Made by a program: the position numbers and the translations under genes
Shown: positions 20,283-29,805 of the stretch, one piece after another
Numbering within the stretch: position 1 is the first letter of the stretch
Layout of the letters: each line of letters starts with the position of its first letter
The notes under the pieces: generated by a model
Seen by the model: the letters and a program-made list of their open reading frames with translations, nothing else
The model's database searches: none
What the model was told of the DNA's origin: nothing
NCBI GenBank assembly: GCA_965602045.1
Contig: CBFCXR010000002.1
Coordinates: 1-48,382, forward strand
Direction of reading: 5' to 3'
Length of the DNA stretch: 48,382 nt
DNA from: an uncultured Bacteroidales bacterium
GTDB lineage: Bacteria > Bacteroidota > Bacteroidia > Bacteroidales > UBA10428

Positions 20283-21335
20283 TTACTCACATTCTCCTAA
20301 ATAGCCTGATGCGTCCTCTATATTATAATTTTTAGCTGTTGCCCAGTCTGAACAGGCTCCTTCCAAATCACCCAACAATTCTTTTGCAAGGCCCCTGTTT
20401 AAATAGGCAATTCCATGCTCAGGATTTAGTTCAATTGCTTTATTATAATATTCGACAGCTTTTTCATATTCGCCCTGTTTTGAAGCTACGTTTCCCAAAT
20501 TACATATTGCCGGATAATAATCTTCCTTTATAGACAGGGTAATTTCAAAATCTTTAATAGCACCTTCCAGATCGCCTAATATATATTTAGCTCCTCCTCT
20601 GTTATTATAGGAGATATAAAAAGTCGAGTCAAGTTTGATTGCAGCAGTAAAATCATTTATTGCTCCTTCGAAATCCCCAACCATTTTTTTTGCTCCCCCC
20701 ATATTATTATAAGCTATTTTTAAGTTCGGATTATAGTTAACAGCTAACCGATAATCATATATTGCTCCCTGGTAGTCATTAATTATTCTTTTGGTGGTTC
20801 CTCTGTCATGATATGCTTTTGAATAATTAGGTTTCTTTTCAATTGCCAGTGAAAAATCAAAGATAGCCCCGTCATAGTCTTTCTTCAGAAGTTTAATTAA
20901 TCCCCTGTAATAATAAACATGTGCCTCTTGATAACCCAATTGAACAGCTTTATCAAAATCAGCAATATCCATATTTGTACTGTCAAAAATAAACGTGATA
21001 TAACCCCTGTTAAAATATGCTTCTCCATAATTCGATTTTAACTCAATTGCTTTATTAATGTCAGTAAGTGCTCCATATTCATCATTTAACTGGAATTTAG
21101 CCTTTCCCCGATGCAATATCGCCTCAACAAACTTTGGATTTATTTCCAGAGCTTTATCAAATTCAGTGATAGCCGCATAATAATCCTTATTTATAATTTT
21201 TTCTATCCCCTGGTTATAAGCTTTTTCTGAAGCTTTCCTCTTTTTGAAATTAATTAATCCTTCATCCAATTGCTGCGCAATAGAGATATTATATAAGGAA
21301 AATAAAATAAGAGTTGAAATTGCTGCATTTTTCAT
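20283..21335 (-). CDS. Secreted tetratricopeptide-repeat protein
   Basis: 350 aa. Signal peptide MKNAAISTLILFSLYNISIAQ followed by about nine 34-aa TPR units (repeated A..D(F/Y)..AI.(L/I).P.....AY.NRG). It ends 29 nt upstream of the OmpA-family gene. Confidence 0.85.
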   Translation of the reverse strand: MKNAAISTLILFSLYNISIAQQLDEGLINFKKRKASEKAYNQGIEKIINKDYYAAITEFDKALEINPKFVEAILHRGKAKFQLNDEYGALTDINKAIELKSNYGEAYFNRGYITFIFDSTNMDIADFDKAVQLGYQEAHVYYYRGLIKLLKKDYDGAIFDFSLAIEKKPNYSKAYHDRGTTKRIINDYQGAIYDYRLAVNYNPNLKIAYNNMGGAKKMVGDFEGAINDFTAAIKLDSTFYISYNNRGGAKYILGDLEGAIKDFEITLSIKEDYYPAICNLGNVASKQGEYEKAVEYYNKAIELNPEHGIAYLNRGLAKELLGDLEGACSDWATAKNYNIEDASGYLGECE

Positions 21336-21649
21336 TCGTGAAGAATTTTAAGATTTTAGGAACTAATAGCAAAACAAAAATTTATTAATAATCAGGCAAC
21401 CCAGTATAATATATTAAAAGAATACTAATAAATACAAAATTATATAAAGTATGCTCTTTTCTATTTAAAGTTATCTTTTTATTTCCACAATTTATTGTAA
21501 ATTATAGTGTATCTTTGAATTATAGCTAAAACATACAAACACAAAAATATACCTGCCAAAAAAATTTGTTAAAAAACATTGAATAATATTTTTATTAAAA
21601 ATATAAAAATTAATTTATATTTATTGGAAATTTAATAAATTCAATGCGT

Positions 21650-21657
21650 TATATTTG
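21650..21657 (+). promoter_or_regulatory. Candidate Bacteroidota -7 promoter box (TAnnTTTG) for the Hpt-STAS pair
   Basis: tatatttg matches TAnnTTTG exactly, 22 nt upstream of ATG 21679. No clean -33 TTTG at ideal spacing (attg sits 23 nt upstream). Confidence 0.35.
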
Positions 21658-21678
21658 TCATTTAAGATTTTATGTAAG

Positions 21679-22032
21679 ATGAAAGTTGATCTATCCTATT
21701 TGCAGGAAATGTCTGGTGGAAATCAGGATTTAGTATTAGAAATGATTGACATTTTTAAAATTCAGGTAGAAGAATTTACAAATGAAATGGAGGGATATTT
21801 AAATGGTAAGGACTATAAATCTTTGGGACAGTTAGCCCATAAAGCCAAATCATCAATTTCAATAATGGGATTGAATGATTTGTCTGATGTTCTTAAATCT
21901 CTTGAGAATTTAGCAAAAGAAGGAAAACAAACGAAAAAATATCCGGAATTAATTGATAGATTTAAACTGGGTACAAAGGAAGCAATTAAAGAACTGGATG
22001 AAGTTTTACAAAATTTGGAATTATACTTTTAA
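21679..22032 (+). CDS. Hpt (histidine phosphotransfer) domain protein
   Basis: The track ORF begins at TTG 21655; I prefer in-frame ATG 21679 (MKVDLSYLQEMSGGNQDL...). Hpt signature LAHKAKSSISIMG carries the conserved His. Confidence 0.75.
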   Translation: MKVDLSYLQEMSGGNQDLVLEMIDIFKIQVEEFTNEMEGYLNGKDYKSLGQLAHKAKSSISIMGLNDLSDVLKSLENLAKEGKQTKKYPELIDRFKLGTKEAIKELDEVLQNLELYF

Positions 22033-22044
22033 ATTTGATAAATT

Positions 22045-22383
22045 ATGTTAAAAACTGAAAAAATTAATAATATAATTGTAGTTAAATTTAACAAATTAGA
22101 TAGATTTAATGCGTTAATAAGTGAACCCATAAAAGAAGATCTTAAGAGTTTTTTTAATAAACCTGATACCAGGCTAATATTAAACCTTGAAGGAATTAAA
22201 TTTATTGATAGCTCAGGATTCGGAGTCTTTTTATCAATATTAAAGACTGCAAACAACAACCACGGACAATTTAAGATTTGTAATATTACCGATGAAGTAA
22301 TGGAACTTTTCAAGCTTTTACAATTACATAATGTATTTGAGCTATACGATAAGCTTGATGAATGTCTGAAAAGTTTTTCATAG
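22045..22383 (+). CDS. STAS-domain protein (anti-sigma-factor-antagonist type)
   Basis: 112 aa. SpoIIAA-like pattern with the phosphorylatable-Ser motif FIDSSGFGVF. Starts 12 nt after the Hpt stop. Confidence 0.8.
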   Translation: MLKTEKINNIIVVKFNKLDRFNALISEPIKEDLKSFFNKPDTRLILNLEGIKFIDSSGFGVFLSILKTANNNHGQFKICNITDEVMELFKLLQLHNVFELYDKLDECLKSFS

Positions 22384-22403
22384 TTTATTTTTTTACTTAT
22401 CTT

Positions 22404-25010
22404 TTATACCTCTCTGGTTTCTCCATTAACAAAGATTAGTTTATCTTCATTTTTATCTATTCGTACTAATTTACCATTATTGATATTACCTGCTAAAAGC
22501 TGTCTGGAAAGCTCATTAGTGATAGTTCGTTGCATTATTCTCTTTATTGGTCGTGCTCCGAATTGCGGATCATAACCTAACCTGGCAATCCATTTAACTG
22601 CCTCATCGGATATTTCAATCTTTATTTTGTTTTCTAACATTGCTGTAGCCAGGTTACTGAAATGCATTTCAACTATTTTTGTTATTTCCTCATAAGTTAA
22701 TGGTTTAAACATTATCAGTTCGTCAATTCTGTTAAAAAATTCCGGACTCATAGTTTTTTTAAGTAATCCAAAAACCTGGTTCCTGGTGTGTTCCAATATT
22801 TCATCTCTGTTTTTATTATTAATGTTTTGTAAGGATTCCTGAATTATATGCGAGCCAATATTTGAAGTCATTATAATAACCGTATTCTTAAAATTGACAT
22901 TTCTTCCTTTGTTATCAGTGAGCATGCCATCATCAAGAATCTGCAATAATATATTAAAAACATCCGGATGAGCTTTTTCGATTTCGTCAAAAAGGACTAC
23001 TGAATAAGGTTTTCTTCTGACAGCTTCTGTTAGCTGGCCGCCTTCGTCATAACCTACGTATCCGGGAGGTGCTCCTATCAGGCGTGATACTGAATGTCTT
23101 TCCTGGTATTCTGACATATCAATTCTTGTAATAAAATTTTCATCGTTAAACAAGAATTCCGCCAGGGCTTTTGCTAATTCAGTTTTTCCGACTCCTGTTG
23201 TTCCAAGAAACAGAAAAGAACCTATTGGTTTTTTTGCATCCTGCAGGCCTGCTCTGTTTCTTCTGATGGCATCTGATACTGCAGTAATTGCCTCATCCTG
23301 ACCTACTACTCTTTTATGTAATTCATTTTCGAGATTTAACAACTTGTTTTTTTCTTCCTGAAGCATTTTATTTACTGGAATTCCAGTCCATTTTGATACA
23401 ATCTCCGCAATATCTTCTGTGGACACTTCTTCTTTAATCAACATTTTTTCAGATTGTAATTCTTTCAACTTGTTTTTATATTCTTCAATCTTTGTCTCAG
23501 CTTCTTTGATTTTACCATAACGGATTTCGGCAACTCTTCCGTACTCACCAATCCTTTCAGCCTGGTTAGCTTCAAATTTTAAACTTTCAATAGTTGCTTT
23601 ATTTTGCTGAATATTATCAATGATTGCCTTTTCTGACTCCCATTTGGCTCTTAACTTATTTCTATCGTCATTAAGGTTTGCTATTTTTTTACTGAGTTTT
23701 TGATATTTTACATTGTCTCCTTCCATTTTAATTGCCTCTTTTTCAATTTCCAATTGTTGAATTTTGCGTTCAACATTATCTATATCCACGGGTAATGAGT
23801 TCATCTCCAATCTGAGTTTGGAAGCAGCTTCATCTATTAAATCAATAGCTTTATCGGGCAAAAACCGTTCTGTGATATATCGGCTTGATAACTCGACAGC
23901 CGATATAATGGCTTCATCTTTAATTCTAACTTTATGATGTGTTTCATATCTTTCTTTAAGACCTCTTAATATTGATATTGCACTTAATATATCAGGTTCA
24001 TCAACAATAATTATCTGAAACCGTCTTTCAAGAGCCTTATCTTTTTCAAAGTATTTTTGAAACTCGCCCAATGTAGTAGCTCCAATTGCTCTCAGGTCAC
24101 CTCTGGCAAGAGCCGGTTTCAGTATGTTAGCTGCATCCATGGCTCCTTCGGTTTTTCCTGCACCAACAATAGTGTGAATTTCATCTATAAATAGTATTAT
24201 TTCTCCATTTGATGTAACTACTTCCTTTACTACTGCTTTCAACCTTTCTTCAAATTCACCCTTGTATTTCGCACCTGCAATCAAGGCTCCCATATCAAGT
24301 GAAAATATTTGTTTACTCTTAAGGTTATCAGGTACATCGCCTGAAATTATCCGGAAGGCTAAACCTTCGGCTATTGCAGTTTTACCAACACCGGGTTCAC
24401 CAATTAGAACAGGATTGTTTTTAGTCCTTCTTGAAAGTATTTGTAATATTCTTCGAATTTCTTCATCTCTTCCAATAACCGGATCAAGTTTGCCGTTTTT
24501 TGCTTGTTCATTTAAATTGACTGCAAATCTATTTAACGAATTATAAGTATCTTCGGCGGTCGGACTATCTGCTTTTGAACCTTTCCTTAATTCTATGATT
24601 GCTGCTTTAAGTTCCTTTTCAGTAATACCATTATCTTTAATTAACTGAGATACATTATCTCCGGAAGATAAAATACCCAGTAAGATATGTTCTATTGATA
24701 TATACTGATCTCCAAATTCTTTTGCATAATCATTTGCTTTTTGAATTGACTTGTTAGCAATTGTTGAGATATATTGATCACCTCCGGAAATTTTCGGATA
24801 AGATTCTATTATTTTGTTTAAGACTTTTTCAAAATTCTCAACATTTACTCCTAATTTATTCAACAGGAAGGATGTTATATTTTCACTCTGGCTAATAATC
24901 CCTTTTAATATATGTCCGTTCTCAATGGCTTGATTATTATATCTTTGGGCAATTATAAAAGCATGTTGTATAACTTCATGTGATTTTATTGTAAAATTAT
25001 TTAAGTTCAT
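22404..25010 (-). CDS. clpB: ATP-dependent chaperone ClpB
   Basis: 868 aa. Clp N-domain, two AAA+ modules (Walker A GEPGVGKT and GTTGVGKT) and a long middle coiled-coil. Confidence 0.95.
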   Translation of the reverse strand: MNLNNFTIKSHEVIQHAFIIAQRYNNQAIENGHILKGIISQSENITSFLLNKLGVNVENFEKVLNKIIESYPKISGGDQYISTIANKSIQKANDYAKEFGDQYISIEHILLGILSSGDNVSQLIKDNGITEKELKAAIIELRKGSKADSPTAEDTYNSLNRFAVNLNEQAKNGKLDPVIGRDEEIRRILQILSRRTKNNPVLIGEPGVGKTAIAEGLAFRIISGDVPDNLKSKQIFSLDMGALIAGAKYKGEFEERLKAVVKEVVTSNGEIILFIDEIHTIVGAGKTEGAMDAANILKPALARGDLRAIGATTLGEFQKYFEKDKALERRFQIIIVDEPDILSAISILRGLKERYETHHKVRIKDEAIISAVELSSRYITERFLPDKAIDLIDEAASKLRLEMNSLPVDIDNVERKIQQLEIEKEAIKMEGDNVKYQKLSKKIANLNDDRNKLRAKWESEKAIIDNIQQNKATIESLKFEANQAERIGEYGRVAEIRYGKIKEAETKIEEYKNKLKELQSEKMLIKEEVSTEDIAEIVSKWTGIPVNKMLQEEKNKLLNLENELHKRVVGQDEAITAVSDAIRRNRAGLQDAKKPIGSFLFLGTTGVGKTELAKALAEFLFNDENFITRIDMSEYQERHSVSRLIGAPPGYVGYDEGGQLTEAVRRKPYSVVLFDEIEKAHPDVFNILLQILDDGMLTDNKGRNVNFKNTVIIMTSNIGSHIIQESLQNINNKNRDEILEHTRNQVFGLLKKTMSPEFFNRIDELIMFKPLTYEEITKIVEMHFSNLATAMLENKIKIEISDEAVKWIARLGYDPQFGARPIKRIMQRTITNELSRQLLAGNINNGKLVRIDKNEDKLIFVNGETREV

Positions 25011-25140
25011 TTTGTTTATGTTTTTACTATTATTGACTAAAACACAGATATCAAATTTTCAACCAAAAACACCAGGTTTTATAATTATGCCAATATGGCT
25101 CATTAATTAATAGAATTGCGCCATAATGACACATGGCATA

Positions 25141-25161
25141 AAAAGGGGACAGCCCCCTTTT
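25141..25161. other. GC-cored A/T-flanked hairpin (bidirectional-terminator-like) between divergent clpB and the ABC gene
   Basis: aaaagggg-acagc-cccctttt: 8-bp stem with 4 G:C and 4 A:U pairs, 5-nt loop. A runs lie on both sides. Two further short hairpins lie just upstream (gcca-ata-tggc; gccat-aatgacac-atggc). Confidence 0.35.
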
Positions 25162-25371
25162 AAAAAAATTGATAATCAATTAATTATACTGCAAATGTTA
25201 AACTATAATATTTAATTTCAACATTTATTGCTTAATTAGAAGCAGTTTCCGTAACATATATTTAGTATTTTACGTAATAGCTTGATACCAAAAAAAACTA
25301 AAAAGTTCTTAACTTATATACAGAATATTATATCTTTATTAAATCTAACAAAGCTATTAAACTCATAAACG

Positions 25372-28300
25372 ATGAGTGAACAGATACTTAAGGCCCTAAT
25401 GGAACTATTTGCAATAATTGCGAGGCCTGAAAGTAATGCAAGTGATAGAAGAACGGTAGTACAGTCATTTCTTAAAAGACAGTTGAATCAAGAACTGGTA
25501 AAGGATTATATAGAGGTTTTTGATGAATATTATTCCAAGCATCAGACATTACATATACAAAGAGGTGCCAAGAGGATTGGCCCGGACTCTGTAAAAATTC
25601 TAAGAATATGTGACCAAATAAATAAGGAATTAACTCAGAAACAAAAGGTTATTGTTTTAGTACGACTTTTTGAATTTGTTAATTCCGATGATGATGAGAT
25701 TACTGATCAGGAGTTTGAATTTATATCAGCAGTAGCTGAGTCTTTTTATATTCAGGAAACAGAGCACAATAGAATTAAAGAATTTACTGTAAATTCTATT
25801 GACACAACAATCAGCAATAACAAGATTTTAATTATTGATAATCATCGTGATTATTCTAATCCGAATATTAAACACATTTGCTCCGAATTCCTTGAAGGGC
25901 AATTATGGGTGTTGAATGTAAGTACTGCGAACATGTACCTTTTGAAGTATATTGGCGAAAATGAGATGTATCTCAATGGCCAGTTACTGCAGGAAGAAAA
26001 GATACATGTTTTGTATACAGGTTCATCTATAAGAAACCACCATATTAAACCTATTTACTATAGTGATATTGTTAGTGCATATAACGATGAAAGGTTGAAA
26101 TCAAGGATAGTATTTAGCATTAATGACGTTAGCTATCAATTTAAAAACGGAAAATTCGGATTGAACAAACTAAGTTTTACTGAGGAATCAGGAAAACTGG
26201 TTGGTATTATGGGAGCAAGTGGTGCCGGAAAATCAACACTCCTGAATGTATTAAATGGTTCTGCAAAACCAACAACAGGAAAATTATTGATTAATGGAAT
26301 TAATATACACGATGAAAAAAACAAAGTTGAGGGTTTAATTGGACATGTTTCACAAGATGACTTATTAATTGAAGAACTAACAGTTTACCAGAACTTATAT
26401 TATAATGCCCGGCTTTGTTTTGATAATTATAAGGAGAGTGAAATTAAGGAAACTGTTAACAGGGTTTTACAAAATCTTGGTTTGTTCGAAATTAAGGATG
26501 TTCAGGTTGGAACACCTTTAAACAAAAAAATTAGCGGTGGTCAGAGAAAACGATTAAATATTGCACTTGAATTAATTCGCGAACCTGCTATACTCTTTCT
26601 TGATGAGCCAACATCCGGACTATCGTCAAGAGATTCGGAAAATATTATGGACTTGCTTAAAGAACTCACCTTAAAGGGCAAGCTTGTTTTTGTTGTTATT
26701 CACCAGCCATCTTCAGATATATTCAAAATGTTTGATCAGTTACTTATACTGGATTGTGGTGGCTTTTTGATATATAACGGTGATCCTATAGATTCCATAA
26801 TTTATTTTAAATCACGTGTGCACCATGCAAATTGGTCTGAAAGTGAATGTAATGAGTGTGGTAATGTTAATCCGGAACAGGTTTTTAATATTGTGGAGTC
26901 CCTGGTAGTTGACGAATATGGCAAACTGACTGATACGCGTAAGATATCACCAAAAGAATGGAATCAGCATTATCTGGAATATTCAAAAGGAAAGGAAAAG
27001 AAATTATCTGTCACAAAAGAAACGCCATCGATTTCTTTTAAAATACCCTATAAACTTAAGCAATTCTTTATATTTGCAACCCGCGATATAAGATCAAAAC
27101 TGGCGAACACACAGTATTTAATTATAACATTTTTAGAGGCACCTCTGTTAGCATTTATACTTTCTTTCATCATTAAGTACCGGGATATAAATGCTACTAA
27201 TGAGCTTGGATATACTTTTACGGGCAATAGTAATCTGCCTGTTTACATATTTATGTCTGTAATTGTTGCTATTTTCATGGGACTTACAGTTAGTGCTGAA
27301 GAAATAATTAAGGACAGGAAAATATTAAAAAGGGAAGCTTTTCTAAATTTAAGCTGGGCTAGCTATTTGTTTTCAAAGGTAGGAGTAATGTTTGTTATTT
27401 CAGCAATACAAGCATTAACTTTTGTATTGGTTGGAAATTATATAATGGAAATAAAAGGTATGTATTTTCATTACTGGATAATTTTGTTCAGTGCTTGGGC
27501 TGCCTCAAATATTATGGGATTAGTAATTTCTGATAGTTTTAAAACCGTTGTTACAATTTATATTTTAATTCCATTTCTTGTAATACCTCAAATAATTCTG
27601 AGTGGTATAATTGTGAAATTTGAAAAACTTAACCCCTCCATTTCATCACCGAGTGGAATTCCCATTTACGGGGAAATAATTACTGCCCGGTGGGGTTACG
27701 AAGCTTTGGCTGTTCATCAGTTTAAAGAGAATAAGTATCAGAAGCAATTTTATGATTTTAATAAAGAAATGAGTAAAGCTGAGTTCAAGAAGAATTATTG
27801 GGTGAAGAATCTTTTAAATAAAGTTGATTACATTGAAAAATATTATAAAAGTGCGGAAAATACAAAAAGAGTGAATAACAATATTCTTCTGTTAAGAAAT
27901 GAAATTGGAAAAGAATTGGAAAAAAATAAGATTATTGAATTTAAATATATTGATAGTTTGTATTATGATAGCTTGTCAGATTTAATAATAAATGAGGTAC
28001 GAAATTACTTAAATAATATAAATAGATTATACATAAAATATTATAACAAGATATGTGATAAGAGAGATATTGTTATTCGTAATCTGCAGAAAAGTCCGGA
28101 AGCTAAACAAGATTTTATTCAGCTTAAAAGAGAATATAATAATGACAGGTTAACGGAATTTGTTGAAAACAGTAATGACATTGTAAGAATAATCGAATAT
28201 AGAGGACATTTATATCAAAAAATAGATCCTGTTTATATGGATCCCGAACACAAATTTGTTAAGTCTCATTTTTATGCTGCGAGGAAAAATATATTTGGCA

Positions 28301-28440
28301 GATATTACAGTACATTCTGGGTAAATACATGTGTTATCTGGTTTATGTCTATTATATGTTTTATAATATTATATTACAGAGGACTAAAGAAATTCCTGGA
28401 TTATATGGAACAACTTAGTGGTAAATGGAAGAAAGCTTGA
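25372..28440 (+). CDS. Fused ABC transporter (ABCG / ABC-2 type: ATPase plus permease) with an N-terminal extension of about 250 aa and a C-terminal extension of about 260 aa
   Basis: 1022 aa. Walker A GASGAGKST, signature ISGGQRKR, Walker B ILFLDEPTSG. Multi-span ABC-2-like membrane region follows, then a long soluble K/N/Y-rich segment and a final hydrophobic helix (VIWFMSIICFIILYY). Confidence 0.85.
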   Translation: MSEQILKALMELFAIIARPESNASDRRTVVQSFLKRQLNQELVKDYIEVFDEYYSKHQTLHIQRGAKRIGPDSVKILRICDQINKELTQKQKVIVLVRLFEFVNSDDDEITDQEFEFISAVAESFYIQETEHNRIKEFTVNSIDTTISNNKILIIDNHRDYSNPNIKHICSEFLEGQLWVLNVSTANMYLLKYIGENEMYLNGQLLQEEKIHVLYTGSSIRNHHIKPIYYSDIVSAYNDERLKSRIVFSINDVSYQFKNGKFGLNKLSFTEESGKLVGIMGASGAGKSTLLNVLNGSAKPTTGKLLINGINIHDEKNKVEGLIGHVSQDDLLIEELTVYQNLYYNARLCFDNYKESEIKETVNRVLQNLGLFEIKDVQVGTPLNKKISGGQRKRLNIALELIREPAILFLDEPTSGLSSRDSENIMDLLKELTLKGKLVFVVIHQPSSDIFKMFDQLLILDCGGFLIYNGDPIDSIIYFKSRVHHANWSESECNECGNVNPEQVFNIVESLVVDEYGKLTDTRKISPKEWNQHYLEYSKGKEKKLSVTKETPSISFKIPYKLKQFFIFATRDIRSKLANTQYLIITFLEAPLLAFILSFIIKYRDINATNELGYTFTGNSNLPVYIFMSVIVAIFMGLTVSAEEIIKDRKILKREAFLNLSWASYLFSKVGVMFVISAIQALTFVLVGNYIMEIKGMYFHYWIILFSAWAASNIMGLVISDSFKTVVTIYILIPFLVIPQIILSGIIVKFEKLNPSISSPSGIPIYGEIITARWGYEALAVHQFKENKYQKQFYDFNKEMSKAEFKKNYWVKNLLNKVDYIEKYYKSAENTKRVNNNILLLRNEIGKELEKNKIIEFKYIDSLYYDSLSDLIINEVRNYLNNINRLYIKYYNKICDKRDIVIRNLQKSPEAKQDFIQLKREYNNDRLTEFVENSNDIVRIIEYRGHLYQKIDPVYMDPEHKFVKSHFYAARKNIFGRYYSTFWVNTCVIWFMSIICFIILYYRGLKKFLDYMEQLSGKWKKA

Positions 28441-28460
28441 ATTGAAGTATATATAAAATA

Positions 28461-28490
28461 AAAAAGCCGCACCAGCGGCTTTTATTTTTT
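28461..28490. terminator. Bidirectional rho-independent terminator between convergent genes
   Basis: aaaaa-GCCGC-acca-GCGGC-ttttatttttt. Perfect 5-bp GC stem extendable with A:U pairs, A-tract 5' and T-tract 3'. It lies between the ABC stop (28440) and the DUF1987 stop (28492). Confidence 0.8.
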
Positions 28491-28491
28491 A

Positions 28492-28872
28492 TTAATCTAC
28501 AATTTCTATCATTTTGAAAGGGACTCTGATAATTGATTCATAATCTTCTCCGGCTTCGAGCATGTCTTCATCATCTTCTTCATAATACCAATTTATCACT
28601 ACATCATGTTTTGCCTTGTGAATAACCTCCAGTTTTTTGAATACATCTAAAATACACTTAGAGGAACTGGTGTTGAAATATTCCAACTGAACGTTAACCT
28701 GTGTTTTATCAACAGGCTTTTTTGCATATTCTTCTAACCAATCTACCAGTGGTTTGTAAAATTCAATCGAATTTTCGGGAATAGATCTGCCTTTAATTTC
28801 AATTATACCCGTTTTACAGTCGAACTTTACAGAAGGTGTTTTCTGAGTTCCCTCAATAAATATTGATTCCAT
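28492..28872 (-). CDS. DUF1987 protein (SiaC-family partner-switching phosphoprotein)
   Basis: 126 aa. TP.V.F....G...I.G.S.PEN...FYKP...WL..Y pattern, YFNTSS loop with Thr at residue 68, C-terminal NWYYEEDDEDMLEAGED. Confidence 0.8.
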   Translation of the reverse strand: MESIFIEGTQKTPSVKFDCKTGIIEIKGRSIPENSIEFYKPLVDWLEEYAKKPVDKTQVNVQLEYFNTSSSKCILDVFKKLEVIHKAKHDVVINWYYEEDDEDMLEAGEDYESIIRVPFKMIEIVD

Positions 28873-28900
28873 ATCAAACTGATTTACAACTTCTCTACTA

Positions 28901-29446
28901 TTAAATCTTAATTATAAGATTAAAGAAATAGTAATTATTATTATAATTGTGAAATACGTACTCTAATTTGTTACCGGTCTTTCTGGCAATATCTACCAGG
29001 CCTAAACCTCCTCCACCTTTTGCAGATAATTTTTGATGGTTTAAAATAAATTTATACATGTCCTTTAATTCATCCTTTGTAAGCGAATTAATCTTGTCAA
29101 TTTTTTCTTTAAGAAATTTAATTTTGGTGGAATTAATAAAATTTCCGGTTGTAACTTTAAAAATTCCATTTTCTCTCTCAATAATCAGTACTCCAAATTT
29201 AGGGTCAAGCTCTTCTTCTATCCCTTCGTGGGTTTCCTCAATGTGGTGATAAAGATTTTGCAAACTTTCAACAAGAACATTATAAAGCTTCTTTCTCGTT
29301 TTGCTTAATTCATTTGCATCATCAAGTCTCTTTTCAACAGCTTCGAGAACATCATTTATTAATTCAGAGGTTATACTGCCTTTGTAGGCCAGAAGTATAT
29401 CACCCTTGCTTATATTTTCATAATAATCTTTTATACTAAAGCTCAT
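28901..29446 (-). CDS. SiaB-family protein kinase (GHKL/RsbW-like ATPase fold, DUF6272 type)
   Basis: 181 aa. ILLAYKGSITSELINDVLE, VESLQNLYHH and GGGGLGLVDIARKTGNKLEY match my recollection of the SiaB family. The DUF1987 gene starts 28 nt after its stop. Confidence 0.7.
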   Translation of the reverse strand: MSFSIKDYYENISKGDILLAYKGSITSELINDVLEAVEKRLDDANELSKTRKKLYNVLVESLQNLYHHIEETHEGIEEELDPKFGVLIIERENGIFKVTTGNFINSTKIKFLKEKIDKINSLTKDELKDMYKFILNHQKLSAKGGGGLGLVDIARKTGNKLEYVFHNYNNNYYFFNLIIKI

Positions 29447-29805
29447 AAAAGGCTTCTATATTTAGCTTATCGTTAGATTAAAAGTCTTAAAACAATTTTA
29501 AAGTTCAACAAATATATAAAAAATATTGTCTTTTAAAAATACGCAAATTTATTATAATACAAATTAGATAAATGATTCAACATTTATTCTGAACTTAAAT
29601 ATAACCAAATTTCAATAAATAAAAATAAGTTCAGCAGAATTTTTAAATAGTCTTATTATCAGAAAAAATAAAAAATTGAATTACCATCAATTAAAGTTGC
29701 CGGATTTACTATTATATAATGAAGCATGTTTATATACAATAAAAAATAATATTAAATATATTTCATTAAAATATTTTTAAAACGTGGCGAGACTTTAAAT
29801 TATTG

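Noticed and set aside
21655-21678. TTG start at 21655 for the Hpt ORF, as given in the track
   Set aside because: The TTG overlaps a perfect TAnnTTTG promoter box (21650-21657), and the added residues MSFKILCK are not part of the Hpt fold. In-frame ATG 21679 is preferred.
29589-29634. Perfect 9-bp inverted repeat (ctgaactta ... taagttcag, 28-nt loop) between the S41 peptidase gene and the SiaB-like gene
   Set aside because: It is short and AT-rich, has no U-tail on the transcribed strand, and could arise by chance in this composition. It is worth keeping in mind only if TSS or 3'-end data point there.
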